Source: Desulfuromonadaceae bacterium
GTDB taxonomy: Bacteria; Desulfobacterota; Desulfuromonadia; Desulfuromonadales; SZUA-540
Length of the DNA stretch: 49,618 bases
Direction: 5' to 3'
Assembly (NCBI GenBank): GCA_003250235.1
Contig: QKGY01000088.1
Coordinates: 1-49,618 of the forward strand
The first letter of the stretch is position 1, and each line of letters begins with the position of its first letter. Below, piece after piece: positions 18,289 through 26,624 of the stretch. Position numbers and translations under genes: made by a program. Below the pieces are notes generated by a model that was not told the DNA's origin, searched no databases, and was given only the letters and a program-made list of their open reading frames with translations.

Positions 18289-18486
18289 AAAATAATTTCC
18301 TCGTAAGTACGTCTATGGCATCAAACTGCCGGTAAATAAATGGCACTGCACCTGAAGGCGCATCGAAAAGCGGCAAACAATTAACAAGTTCTTATTCCAC
18401 GTAAACATCAAAGAAACCGCGTACGTCTAAATAACTGTAAACAGGAACAACATACCAAATGGAAAAGAGGCGAAAGGAGACAAACC

Positions 18487-18834
18487 ATGACAACAAAACA
18501 GATATTTTCAACCCTGCTGGCGCTCGTGGTAAGCAGCGCGCTAGCCTCTCCAACGCTCGCTGCGGGAAAAGGCCAGGGTGCCAACAATGGAATGTCCGGT
18601 ACATCGATACAGACACAGACCCAGGAGAGGTCTCATAGTCAGCAACAGTACCGCGAACAGGAACAAATTCAAACCCAGGAACGGGAACGTCTGCAACTCA
18701 AAGACCAGGATAATCTGTCGACTGACGAACCGTTAAAAGATCAGGACAGATTGCAGGACCGGGATCGCGACAAAGACCAGGACAAGCTGCAAGATCAAGA
18801 CAGACTGAGAGACCAGGATCGCATTCACCAGTGA
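18487..18834 (+). CDS. secreted low-complexity Q/D/R-rich repeat protein
   Basis: AAGGAG RBS, signal peptide ending TLA, polar repetitive C-terminus. Confidence 0.8.
   Translation: MTTKQIFSTLLALVVSSALASPTLAAGKGQGANNGMSGTSIQTQTQERSHSQQQYREQEQIQTQERERLQLKDQDNLSTDEPLKDQDRLQDRDRDKDQDKLQDQDRLRDQDRIHQ
18736..18825 (+). repeat. five imperfect 18-nt (6-aa) coding repeats
   Basis: KDQDRL QDRDRD KDQDKL QDQDRL RDQDRI. Confidence 0.8.
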
Positions 18835-18852
18835 CGAAATGGTGAAGTCTGG

Positions 18853-18885
18853 AAAAAGAGAGGGAAGGCCATGGCCTTCCCTCTC
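18853..18885. terminator. terminator between convergent genes
   Basis: 28-nt perfect palindrome GAGAGGGAAGGCCATGGCCTTCCCTCTC, U-tract on the minus strand. Confidence 0.85.
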
Positions 18886-18924
18886 CGCTTAAACGCCGAA
18901 AACTGTAAAAAAAACCGTAACAGC

Positions 18925-19233
18925 TCATTTTTCAAGGGGTAACCCTGCCCTCCGCCATCCCGACATTTGTCCCTCCAGCAGGACAACCCTCTTGTATCCG
19001 CTGAACGAAAGCAGAGATTTGGCCATCTGGGCACGAGGGCCATGCTCACAGGTCACGATCACAAGGCTCTGTTTATCCTGGGGCAACCCGGCCATACGGA
19101 ACAGAATTTTCCAGAACGGAGAATGGATGGCACCGGGGATATGTCCGCTACGAAATTCAAAAATGCTGCGCACATCGACAACGCAAGGTGGATTCTTGGT
19201 TTTAAGACGTTTCGCCAGATCTTTACCCGTCAT
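18925..19233 (-). CDS. single-domain rhodanese-like sulfurtransferase
   Basis: VDVRS-x-x-EF-x-x-GHIPGA, active loop CEHGPR, LEG...W. Confidence 0.9.
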   Translation of the reverse strand: MTGKDLAKRLKTKNPPCVVDVRSIFEFRSGHIPGAIHSPFWKILFRMAGLPQDKQSLVIVTCEHGPRAQMAKSLLSFSGYKRVVLLEGQMSGWRRAGLPLEK

Positions 19234-19278
19234 GATTCCTCTGTCTGTTTAAAAAACATCGCACCCGGCCTACAGATC

Positions 19279-19809
19279 TCAGCGGGAAACGAAGCCATTG
19301 TGGTGAATTTTATCGAACTGCAGGGAGCTGAAGGCGTGTCCCTCTTTGTGTTCGTCCGCATAGCCGATACCGACAACAACCGCCACACTGTACCGCTCGT
19401 CCATACCAAACATCTCCCGGATAAAATCCTCGGCGCTCTGCCCTTGGCCGTGCGTCCGCTGACGTATCTGCGCCCAACAGCTGCCCAGTCCCAAGGACGC
19501 GGCACTCAACTGCAAAATCGTCGCAGCAATCGCACAATCCTCAACCCAGACGTCACTTTTTCCGGTATCCGCACAGATAACGACGGCCAGTGGAGCACCG
19601 GCCAGAAATCCGCTGCCATGTTCCTTGGCCTTTGAGAGTTTTTCAAGGATTTCCGGTTGGTTCACGACAATGAACTCCCAGGGGTTGTTCCCGCGGGAAG
19701 AGTACGAGCGCAGCAGAGACTCTTCAAGCTGAGTCACCTTGTCCTGCTCTACCGGTTGGGGAAGAAATTTTCGGATGCTGCGGCGTTTTTGCAATAGAGG
19801 CAATAACAT
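19279..19809 (-). CDS. nitroreductase family flavoprotein
   Basis: KRRSIRKF, SSRGNNPWEFIVV, LGLGSCW, IGY; GGAGAGG RBS before ATG 19809. Confidence 0.92.
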   Translation of the reverse strand: MLLPLLQKRRSIRKFLPQPVEQDKVTQLEESLLRSYSSRGNNPWEFIVVNQPEILEKLSKAKEHGSGFLAGAPLAVVICADTGKSDVWVEDCAIAATILQLSAASLGLGSCWAQIRQRTHGQGQSAEDFIREMFGMDERYSVAVVVGIGYADEHKEGHAFSSLQFDKIHHNGFVSR

Positions 19810-19832
19810 GGGAACCTCTCCAAAGGGTGTCG

Positions 19833-20231
19833 TTATTTGCACAAGGGCTTGAAAACCACCTGTTTACGGGCTTCTTCAAGAGTCACTTCGTAACCGTCGG
19901 AATCGACGAGTCGGTACGTTTTCATGCAACGGGAACAATGAAAGGCATAATACGTGGTCGGCACCTTGACCGTTTTTCCTTCGGCATCCTTGCGAAACTT
20001 TATACTGGCATGCTGCTGCCAATCGGCCAGGCGCTTGCGACAGCCGGGACAGTACGGCTGGATGGCCTTATCCCACAACAATTCGAATTGATAGACAAAA
20101 CGGCAATATTGCCAGCGTTTCCACAGAAATACGCCGAGAAGGATCAGGGCCGAAGCCCCTAAAAAGCCACCGACAACAAGTGCGGTGCGGTCATCTGCAA
20201 AAAAATCCTGGAACGTCGTGGATAAATTCAA
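19833..20231 (-). CDS. hypothetical membrane-anchored protein with CxxC...CxxC ribbon
   Basis: One TM helix followed by basic WKRW, then YCPGC and HCSRC. Confidence 0.7.
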   Translation of the reverse strand: MNLSTTFQDFFADDRTALVVGGFLGASALILLGVFLWKRWQYCRFVYQFELLWDKAIQPYCPGCRKRLADWQQHASIKFRKDAEGKTVKVPTTYYAFHCSRCMKTYRLVDSDGYEVTLEEARKQVVFKPLCK

Positions 20232-20391
20232 AACCTGCCCCTCTTGGTTGTGTGTATCAAAAATAGCTGCGGTCCACCCCGAATGGCAGACGCTAGAATA
20301 CGTTTACTGGACTCCCCTGTCAATTCCCTCCCCCTTGCATTCCATAACCGCCGCGATATGAATGTAGATAAGCATAGCGGTGGAGAACACA

Positions 20392-20682
20392 ATGCATTAT
20401 TGGATCGTGGGAAGTCTGTTTGCCCTGTTGAGCGCCTGTACTTCCCCGCCCAGGTGGATGTGGCAACATCCCGAAGGGGTGGGTGCAGAGGTCCTCGCCA
20501 AGGACCGTGACGCTTGTCAAAAACAGGCAGCGCAAACCGTTTCTTCCACATGGATCGGTATTCCCTATGGCGATGAATACTGGGACGAGAAAGAGACGGA
20601 ATTTCGTAACTGCATGAAAAGCAGGGGATGGGTATTGGTTCCGACATCTGAAAAGGATGCCCCCGCGCAAAACGGACGGTAA
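20392..20682 (+). CDS. small lipoprotein, paralogue 1
   Basis: Lipobox LSAC; W-x-x-x-EG...D-x-D-x-C...FR-x-CMK-x-x-GW. Confidence 0.78.
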   Translation: MHYWIVGSLFALLSACTSPPRWMWQHPEGVGAEVLAKDRDACQKQAAQTVSSTWIGIPYGDEYWDEKETEFRNCMKSRGWVLVPTSEKDAPAQNGR

Positions 20683-20725
20683 AAGAATGTCCTGGAGATC
20701 CCGGTCTGCCGGGAAAGGAGGGCTT

Positions 20726-21130
20726 ATGAAATTAAAGCTGGCGATCGGGGTACTGGCAATGATTCTTTCGGCCTGCAGTTTTCCCCAATACGAATGGCGC
20801 AACGCTGAAGGCCGCAGTCAAACCTTGCTCGGACAGGACAAGGATGAGTGTTACCGATACGCCAACCAGGTCGTGCCGCCGGGATCCTACTATGATAGAC
20901 GGCTTTTTTGGAATGACCCCTACTGGGATCCTTACTGGGACTCCGACTGGCCTTACCGAAGATTCCCGTCCCACCCCTACAATTACTACTATTACCCCGG
21001 ATATTGGGGGTATCCCACCCCGTTGTATTTTCAATACCGGGAGGACATATTCAGGGCCTGTATGAAAGGAAAAGGCTGGTATCTGGCACCGGTGGATAAA
21101 AATGCAGAACCGCAGGCCCCGCCCAAGTAG
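20726..21130 (+). CDS. small lipoprotein, paralogue 2, with Tyr/Trp/Pro-rich insert
   Basis: AGGAGG RBS, lipobox LSAC, same two-Cys scaffold as the preceding gene. Confidence 0.8.
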   Translation: MKLKLAIGVLAMILSACSFPQYEWRNAEGRSQTLLGQDKDECYRYANQVVPPGSYYDRRLFWNDPYWDPYWDSDWPYRRFPSHPYNYYYYPGYWGYPTPLYFQYREDIFRACMKGKGWYLAPVDKNAEPQAPPK

Positions 21131-21148
21131 CGAGGGCTATCCAAAGGG

Positions 21149-21601
21149 TTAATCCTGCAAGGCGGCCCATATCAGCACGCCGGTCATATAGAGGACAGTC
21201 GCGCCCCCAAGAAGCATAAGGGCGGCAGCCACGTACGGATACGTTTTTTCGTAAAGGCCTTTTACCCCGATAGCGGGTCGAAGAAAAAGATCTACAGCGT
21301 CCATGATGTCTTGGTTACGCCCCGGCATGATCCTCCTGAGACCTCCGACAAAATCGGCTGGGGTAAAGGAGCGTGTCTTCTTGGGGGTTAACCGGATAAG
21401 GATCCTCTTCCCCGGAGACGTTTCCATCTCAACCGCCATAAAGGTGGCGAACAGCCCGAGATTGAACGTCTTGCCGTAACGCTTCCCCTCGAGAAAATCT
21501 TCGAGGGATTCCCCGGAAAAAAAATTCAACAGACCGACACCTTCCGGCAGTTCCTTCTCAACCGTTGTGGCCTCCCACCCTGCAAGCAGCTTTTCCGTCA
21601 T
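21149..21601 (-). CDS. hypothetical protein with C-terminal TM helix
   Basis: AGGAGGGAG RBS before ATG 21601; hydrophobic C-terminus. Confidence 0.65.
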   Translation of the reverse strand: MTEKLLAGWEATTVEKELPEGVGLLNFFSGESLEDFLEGKRYGKTFNLGLFATFMAVEMETSPGKRILIRLTPKKTRSFTPADFVGGLRRIMPGRNQDIMDAVDLFLRPAIGVKGLYEKTYPYVAAALMLLGGATVLYMTGVLIWAALQD

Positions 21602-21723
21602 GCCTACGATCTCCCTCCTGAGAACAGAGTCACCCCGCCATTCATACGTGATCTCTTTCGAAGAGTCAACAGAGGGAACCAAATCGCAAGACTGCGTAAC
21701 GGAATACACCGTCTTTTTATTTT

Positions 21724-21738
21724 TGGAATGAAATTAGC
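21724..21738 (+). promoter_or_regulatory. possible sigma54 promoter for the Cys-rich lipoprotein gene
   Basis: TGGAATGAAATTAGC = GG-N10-GC, degenerate. Confidence 0.35.
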
Positions 21739-21780
21739 AAACACCCTCTGGCTAAACCCCTTTCAGCGAGGCCCTTTTTT

Positions 21781-22191
21781 ATGAAATGGAATTTCCTGCT
21801 TTCTACCTTATTGATATTACTTGTTTCGTCCTGTACGGGGAATGAAATGGATTCACGCGAATCCGCGAACGGCTCTGGTCAAAACACCAACCCAACGAGT
21901 GTTGCCTCCCAGTCGGCGCCGTCAGATTTCCAGCCGGCCTCCGATCTGTGCGCCCACTGTCCCAATCATCCGGGTCTGCAAGACAACAATGCCGGAGCAC
22001 CGCAAGTAACCTGCCCACGCGCCCTCACCGAGCAAGGGGATCAAACGCATGCGGCACCCTGCAGCGATTGTCCGAAAGTTACCGGCAAGCTCTGTGAAAA
22101 GGCCCTCAACGGCCAGTGTCCGAAAACATCGGAATGTCCCTGCCCGGATTCGGAGTTGCCTCAATGTCCGGCCCGACCGGCTCAGGGATGA
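21781..22191 (+). CDS. Cys-rich putative lipoprotein
   Basis: Lipobox VSSC, S/N/T linker, ten further Cys (CAHC, CSDC, CPC and singles, mostly Cys-Pro). Confidence 0.72.
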   Translation: MKWNFLLSTLLILLVSSCTGNEMDSRESANGSGQNTNPTSVASQSAPSDFQPASDLCAHCPNHPGLQDNNAGAPQVTCPRALTEQGDQTHAAPCSDCPKVTGKLCEKALNGQCPKTSECPCPDSELPQCPARPAQG

Positions 22192-22360
22192 GCACTCTTT
22201 AGCCCCCTTCTTTTGTTGAGGAGATTTGTTTGGAACGCAGATGGTTCGGGACGCTACGAATTGAACGTAAACGGAAACAAAGCCCCCTTTTATCTTAAAT
22301 TCGAACCGTTCACGACATCTGCGTCCTTCTTTTTGTTATGCGCCGATGGCCATCTCCCTC

Positions 22361-22403
22361 AACAAAAAACCCTCCGGGAATTGCTCCCGGAGGGTTTTTT
22401 GTT
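22361..22403. terminator. bidirectional intrinsic terminator
   Basis: AACAAAAAACCCTCCGGGA-N5-TCCCGGAGGGTTTTTTGTT between convergent genes. Confidence 0.92.
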
Positions 22404-22422
22404 CTTTGGTTCCTAACGGAAA

Positions 22423-23211
22423 TCAGTTCATCCTCTCTCCCTGGATACTGATTTTGATCGTCTGCAGGGGGATATCTTTTCCGCTGGCGGCAAGCGCCTG
22501 ACGGACAATCATGATCAGCCCTGAACAGCAGGGAACTTCCATGTGCAAAACCGTGAGGCTGCGGATATCGTTGCGAGTCAGCATTTCCGTCAGCTTTTTG
22601 AGGTAAGCCTGACTGTCATCGAGTTTCGGACATCCGACGAGCAGAGCCTTACCCTGAAGGAAGTCCTTATGAAAATCGGCATAGGCGAAGGGTACGCAAT
22701 CCGCGGCAAAAACCAGATCCGCCCCTTGAAGAAACGGGGCCGTGGGAGGTACCAGGTGCATCTGTACGGGCCACTGGCGAAGCTGTGACGGCCTGGTTCC
22801 GACAACGTCCGAGCCCTCCGGTTTGGAAGCAGACACACTGCGCACCGCCGAACCGGGGCATCCCCCGCCCGCGGCAGGGGCGAAACTCATGACTTTCGAA
22901 CCGGGACAACCGCCGCCATGCCCGTGCTCATGGGCTGTCTGTGGTGCAGGTTTAGCGGCATGAGGGGGTTGAGCTCCCTGAAGGTGTTTTTCCACGGCCT
23001 CTTCATCGAAGGCATCGGCCTGTCGCTTTTCGATAGTGATGGCACCGCGGGGACAATCCCCCAGACAGGCACCGAGACCGTCACAAAGGTTGTCAGAAAC
23101 CAGACGCGCTTTGCCCTCGATGATCTGAATCGCCCCTTCCGCACAGGAAGGGACACAGAGGCCGCAGCCGTCACATTTCTCTTCATCAATTTTCACAATT
23201 TCCCGGATCAT
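22423..23211 (-). CDS. 4Fe-4S dicluster domain protein of the type linked to hcp/HcpR loci
   Basis: CDGCGLCVPSC and CDGLGACLGDCP, His/Gly linker, QWPVQ, GCPKLDD, MEVPCC; AGGGAG RBS before ATG 23211. Confidence 0.88.
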   Translation of the reverse strand: MIREIVKIDEEKCDGCGLCVPSCAEGAIQIIEGKARLVSDNLCDGLGACLGDCPRGAITIEKRQADAFDEEAVEKHLQGAQPPHAAKPAPQTAHEHGHGGGCPGSKVMSFAPAAGGGCPGSAVRSVSASKPEGSDVVGTRPSQLRQWPVQMHLVPPTAPFLQGADLVFAADCVPFAYADFHKDFLQGKALLVGCPKLDDSQAYLKKLTEMLTRNDIRSLTVLHMEVPCCSGLIMIVRQALAASGKDIPLQTIKISIQGERMN

Positions 23212-23284
23212 TATGGTCTCCCTCATCTTTAAAAGTTTGTCATCCATGTGTTTGTTATCGTAGGCGATCTTTGGCCATCCATCC

Positions 23285-23298
23285 TTGACGCCGGTCAA
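23285..23298. promoter_or_regulatory. Crp/Fnr (HcpR-type) box 1, class II position
   Basis: TTGACgccgGTCAA; minus-strand -10 TACGAT at 23262-23257 puts the centre at -41.5. Confidence 0.85.
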
Positions 23299-23321
23299 AA
23301 ATCGGCAATTACGAGAAAAAA

Positions 23322-23654
23322 TTAAAAGAAATAATGCCAGAGCAGATCAAGCCGTCCACGCAGAATCAGTCGTCTTCCTGAAAAGCGCATGATTTCACGA
23401 ACCTTATCGCGATGTCCCGGACGATAGCAATGAATGTGGCAGCCTTTGCAATCCGGCTTGGGATCAAGCGGACATTTGAGCCGACGCTCAAAGGCATAAT
23501 TCAAAAAGTCCAGACATTCTTCGCACAACGCCAGCCCTTTGACATTCCATTCGGCCAGATCGCGGGGCTTTGTTTCTCCACGATGATGAGCCCGACAATA
23601 AACCGAGGTAAAAAGGGCCAAAACTTTCAGATCTTTTTTTTCTTTTCGGGTCAT
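23322..23654 (-). CDS. YgbA-like (nitrous oxide-stimulated promoter family) protein
   Basis: YCRAHH, CEEC, CP-x-x-PKP-x-CK-x-C-x-x-HCY, IMRFSG. Confidence 0.85.
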   Translation of the reverse strand: MTRKEKKDLKVLALFTSVYCRAHHRGETKPRDLAEWNVKGLALCEECLDFLNYAFERRLKCPLDPKPDCKGCHIHCYRPGHRDKVREIMRFSGRRLILRGRLDLLWHYFF

Positions 23655-23726
23655 GTGACAAAGCCCTTTTTTGATTCTCCGTGAATTCTCTGCAGGGAAG
23701 ACTACACCCACAGTCCGAATTCTTCT

Positions 23727-23740
23727 TTGACACCGGTCAA
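23727..23740. promoter_or_regulatory. Crp/Fnr (HcpR-type) box 2, class II position
   Basis: TTGACaccgGTCAA; minus-strand -10 TAGTCT at 23704-23699 puts the centre at -41.5. Confidence 0.85.
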
Positions 23741-23821
23741 AAAATTCCAAAATTTCACGGGAAGAGGAAACAGGACGACGGAGAAGCAGGGGAAATCCAG
23801 AATATCGGCTTGGCGGCAGGA

Positions 23822-24496
23822 CTATTCCTTATAGGTCTGGGCGAGATCTTCCAGACGATCGCGATCAAGGATTTCGATGACCTTACCCGAAACGGAAATG
23901 ATTTCTTCGTCTGAGAGCTTTCGGAGGGTGCGTGAGAGGGTTTCACTGACGGTACCAAGGTTGGACGCCAGCTGCGTTTTGGAGATCCCCAGTTCGACCT
24001 GCCGATCCTCATCCCCGGCCAGTTCGATAAGATACCGGGCAAGACGGGCCGGAACGTCTTTGAAGGTCAGTTCTTCGATCTGCGTGGTGAACTGCCGCAG
24101 GAACCGAGAGAGACTTGCGATCATATTGACCGCTATGCGTGAATGCTCCTGCAGAAGGGTGAGAAATTCGTGCTTCGGGAAAAAAATAACCTCGGAACTC
24201 TCCAGCGGCTCCGCGTATGCGGGATATAGGCCGTTACCGAAGATGGCCGCTTCGGCAAAAGTCCCGGCCGGGTGAATAATGTGCAGGATACGTTCCTTGC
24301 CCTCGGGAGAGAGCTTGTAGATTTTGACCTTGCCCGCGAGCAGAACGTAAAACCCCAGGGCTTCTTCGCCGTCCGCAAAGAGCACTTCCCCCTTGACATG
24401 GCGACGTATTTTGCCGACCTGCTGAAGGAATTGAAGATCTTCTTCTCCGACACCGGCAAACATGGGGCATTTTTTCAGGATCATTGCGGGATTCAT
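23822..24496 (-). CDS. hcpR: Crp/Fnr family regulator, HcpR-like
   Basis: cNMP-like barrel (GKVKIYKLSPEGKE, FAEAA) and HTH LASNLGTVSETLSR; flanked by cognate-looking boxes. Confidence 0.8.
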   Translation of the reverse strand: MNPAMILKKCPMFAGVGEEDLQFLQQVGKIRRHVKGEVLFADGEEALGFYVLLAGKVKIYKLSPEGKERILHIIHPAGTFAEAAIFGNGLYPAYAEPLESSEVIFFPKHEFLTLLQEHSRIAVNMIASLSRFLRQFTTQIEELTFKDVPARLARYLIELAGDEDRQVELGISKTQLASNLGTVSETLSRTLRKLSDEEIISVSGKVIEILDRDRLEDLAQTYKE

Positions 24497-24505
24497 AGGC
24501 ACTTG

Positions 24506-24534
24506 ATGGTAACAGAGAGCCCCCCGGTCTTCAA
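24506..24534 (-). promoter_or_regulatory. sigma70 promoter of the Crp/Fnr gene (near-leaderless transcript)
   Basis: TTGAAG-17nt-TACCAT with TG extension, 9 nt before ATG 24496, no SD. Confidence 0.6.
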
Positions 24535-24564
24535 GGGACAAAACATCCGGGACACAGACAGAAC

Positions 24565-24598
24565 AAAAAAAAACGCTCTGCATGATGCAGAGCGTTTT
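24565..24598 (-). terminator. intrinsic terminator after tRNA-Leu
   Basis: AAAACGCTCTGCA/TGCAGAGCGTTTT stem with a 9-T run on the minus strand. Confidence 0.9.
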
Positions 24599-24606
24599 GA
24601 GCTTTT

Positions 24607-24693
24607 TGGTGCCGAAGGGGAGACTCGAACTCCCACGGGACTACTCCCACTAGACCCTGAACCTAGCGTGTCTACCAATTCCACCACTTCGGC
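24607..24693 (-). tRNA. tRNA-Leu(CAG)
   Basis: GCCGAAGTGGTGGAATTGGTAGACACGCTAGGTTCAGGGTCTAG...GTTCGAGTCTCCCCTTCGGCACCA; long variable arm, encoded CCA, 87 nt. Confidence 0.97.
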
Positions 24694-24767
24694 GTGAAGC
24701 GAGGGACTTTATAACAAAACGATTTGGCGAATGCAACAAAAAAATAGTACCGAAAAAATTTTATTCA

Positions 24768-26444
24768 TTACAGGCGCATAGGAGCGACGACCACGGAAAA
24801 ATACTGATCCACCGTGACAAGACCCGGGCGAGCCCCTTTCGGTTTATGTACATGATGGCCCTTGGCAACGATCACCTCGACCTTGCCGGCACTCTTTGCA
24901 CGGGAATACCCAGCGGCCAGGGCGGCAGCAAACAGCATGTCCTGATCGGGGATGTTCCCCTTGAATGCCTGTCGTTTCAACACCAGATGAGTTCCGGGGA
25001 TATCCTTGGCGTGAAACCAGAGATCGTCAGACGCCGTGAGATGGCGGCTGACATAGTCGTTCGAGCGGTTGTTCTTGCCCCAGTACAGTTCATACCCGCC
25101 GGGACTCTTGCATCGGTGCAACTGGGATTTGGTATCCGTCGATGCGCGCTTGTTGCCTCGCCAGCGCGTTTCGACCTTCAGAAAGCCGGCCTCCTGGAGT
25201 TCGGTCCGAATGGCATCGAGATCTTCCGCCGATTGCGCTTCGTCGAGAGACAGGGCCACCCCCTGAAGCCAGGTCTCTTCCTCTCGGGACTCGTCCAGAC
25301 GTCGCGCGAGATGCCCCACAGCCCGTTTCGCTTTTTTAAATTGCAGAAAACAGCGCTCGGCATTTTCCTGGGGGCTCAGCAGGGGATCGAGAGCGATGCT
25401 CAGGGGGCGAGGCGGGTCCGCATAAAAATCCTCCACGATCACCTCCGAGGCCCCTCGGGAAATGCGGTACAGATTGGCCATCAAGAGATCGCCGCATTGT
25501 TTCATTCGATCGGGGTCCTTTGTCCGCTCACTCTCCTGAGTGAGTTTGTCCAGCCGGACGGCGATCCGCTTCAGGCCTCGCCGCACAGCGTCAGCCATTT
25601 CGGATATCCCCCCGGCGTTCCCCTCCCCCGCAACCAGACGGGAATAATAATCCTCGGCGGCCTCGGACATCGAGTCGAAACCCCGGGCCTCCGTTACGTC
25701 GAGATAGCGCAGCTCATAAGGCAGCAGAACGGGACGACCGGAAACCCATCCGGTCGCCGGCTGCATCTGACGGTCGAGCCAGCGGGTGCGAAATTCGCTG
25801 AGGACCTCCTCGGGCGCGATCCCCAGGGAGATACCGGCAGCCAGATCCCGAGCAACAAGACGTGTCATCGGCGTCATTTCCCGCATCAGCCAGTCTTCGA
25901 CATCCCGATCATTCCTCAGCGAATCGGGCAGTTCGTCCAGGGGATCCGCCAAGCGAAGACGTCCACGAGGTGGTGGCAACTCATAAGCGTCGCCTGCCCG
26001 GAAGGAACGCCCCTGCCCTTCCCCTTCGATTCGTTTCAGGACATCGACAATTCGTCCATTTTCATCGACGAGAATCACGTTGCTATGTCCGCCGATCAAC
26101 TCCACATACAGGTCGTATCGTTCCCCCTGTGACCCTGCGAAAATCATCTGCACGATCCTCTCGTTCGCCACCTGTTCGATTCGGACAAGTCGGGAGAGGC
26201 GTGCGCGCAGCAGCTGGCAGAAACGCGGTGGGGACGAGGGATTCGGCCAGGCCTTTTCCGTCAGATAGAGACACCCTCTTCGCGGATCGGCGGCAACGAG
26301 CAGGCGATATTCTCGACTGCCGGTCCAGAACCGAAACACGATATCCAAGGCGTCGGGCTGGTGTATTTTTTTGATGAGGGCACCGGAAAGTTTCTGCTTC
26401 AACTCCTCCGTAACGGCCTCGATAGTAAAGATGTCCATCGCCAT
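24768..26444 (-). CDS. rqcH: Rqc2/RqcH (NFACT, FbpA-like) ribosome quality-control protein
   Basis: ELIGGHSNVILVD, ALDP-x-LSPQENA, GKNNRSND, WFHAKDIPGTH, KPKGARPGLV. Confidence 0.9.
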   Translation of the reverse strand: MAMDIFTIEAVTEELKQKLSGALIKKIHQPDALDIVFRFWTGSREYRLLVAADPRRGCLYLTEKAWPNPSSPPRFCQLLRARLSRLVRIEQVANERIVQMIFAGSQGERYDLYVELIGGHSNVILVDENGRIVDVLKRIEGEGQGRSFRAGDAYELPPPRGRLRLADPLDELPDSLRNDRDVEDWLMREMTPMTRLVARDLAAGISLGIAPEEVLSEFRTRWLDRQMQPATGWVSGRPVLLPYELRYLDVTEARGFDSMSEAAEDYYSRLVAGEGNAGGISEMADAVRRGLKRIAVRLDKLTQESERTKDPDRMKQCGDLLMANLYRISRGASEVIVEDFYADPPRPLSIALDPLLSPQENAERCFLQFKKAKRAVGHLARRLDESREEETWLQGVALSLDEAQSAEDLDAIRTELQEAGFLKVETRWRGNKRASTDTKSQLHRCKSPGGYELYWGKNNRSNDYVSRHLTASDDLWFHAKDIPGTHLVLKRQAFKGNIPDQDMLFAAALAAGYSRAKSAGKVEVIVAKGHHVHKPKGARPGLVTVDQYFSVVVAPMRL

Positions 26445-26624
26445 ATTTTCTCGGTTGGCGGGATGCGCGAGTCACGCGATACCCTTGTCGTTTGCTCCAG
26501 AATACTTAGGATAAACAAGAGAGGTCATCCGCTCAAGTTTTTCATGTAAAAACACCTTTGATCTGCTATTATTGCGGCCCGCATCTAAAAACTACTTCAC
26601 CCTCAGGGGGAATGGAGGCCACGC

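Noticed and set aside
18341-18355. TGGCAC-containing sigma54-like box upstream of the repeat protein
   Set aside because: The -12 position reads GA rather than GC; not supportable.
17590-24606. Genomic island integrated at tRNA-Leu
   Set aside because: Small accessory-looking genes lie downstream of the tRNA, but I found no integrase and no duplicated tRNA 3' end.
24846-26132. 428-aa plus-strand ORF
   Set aside because: Antisense shadow of rqcH.
26544-26564. Imperfect palindrome ending TTTGAT before metY copy 1 as a methionine-regulator operator
   Set aside because: Only one half-site is convincing and it is not repeated before copy 2.
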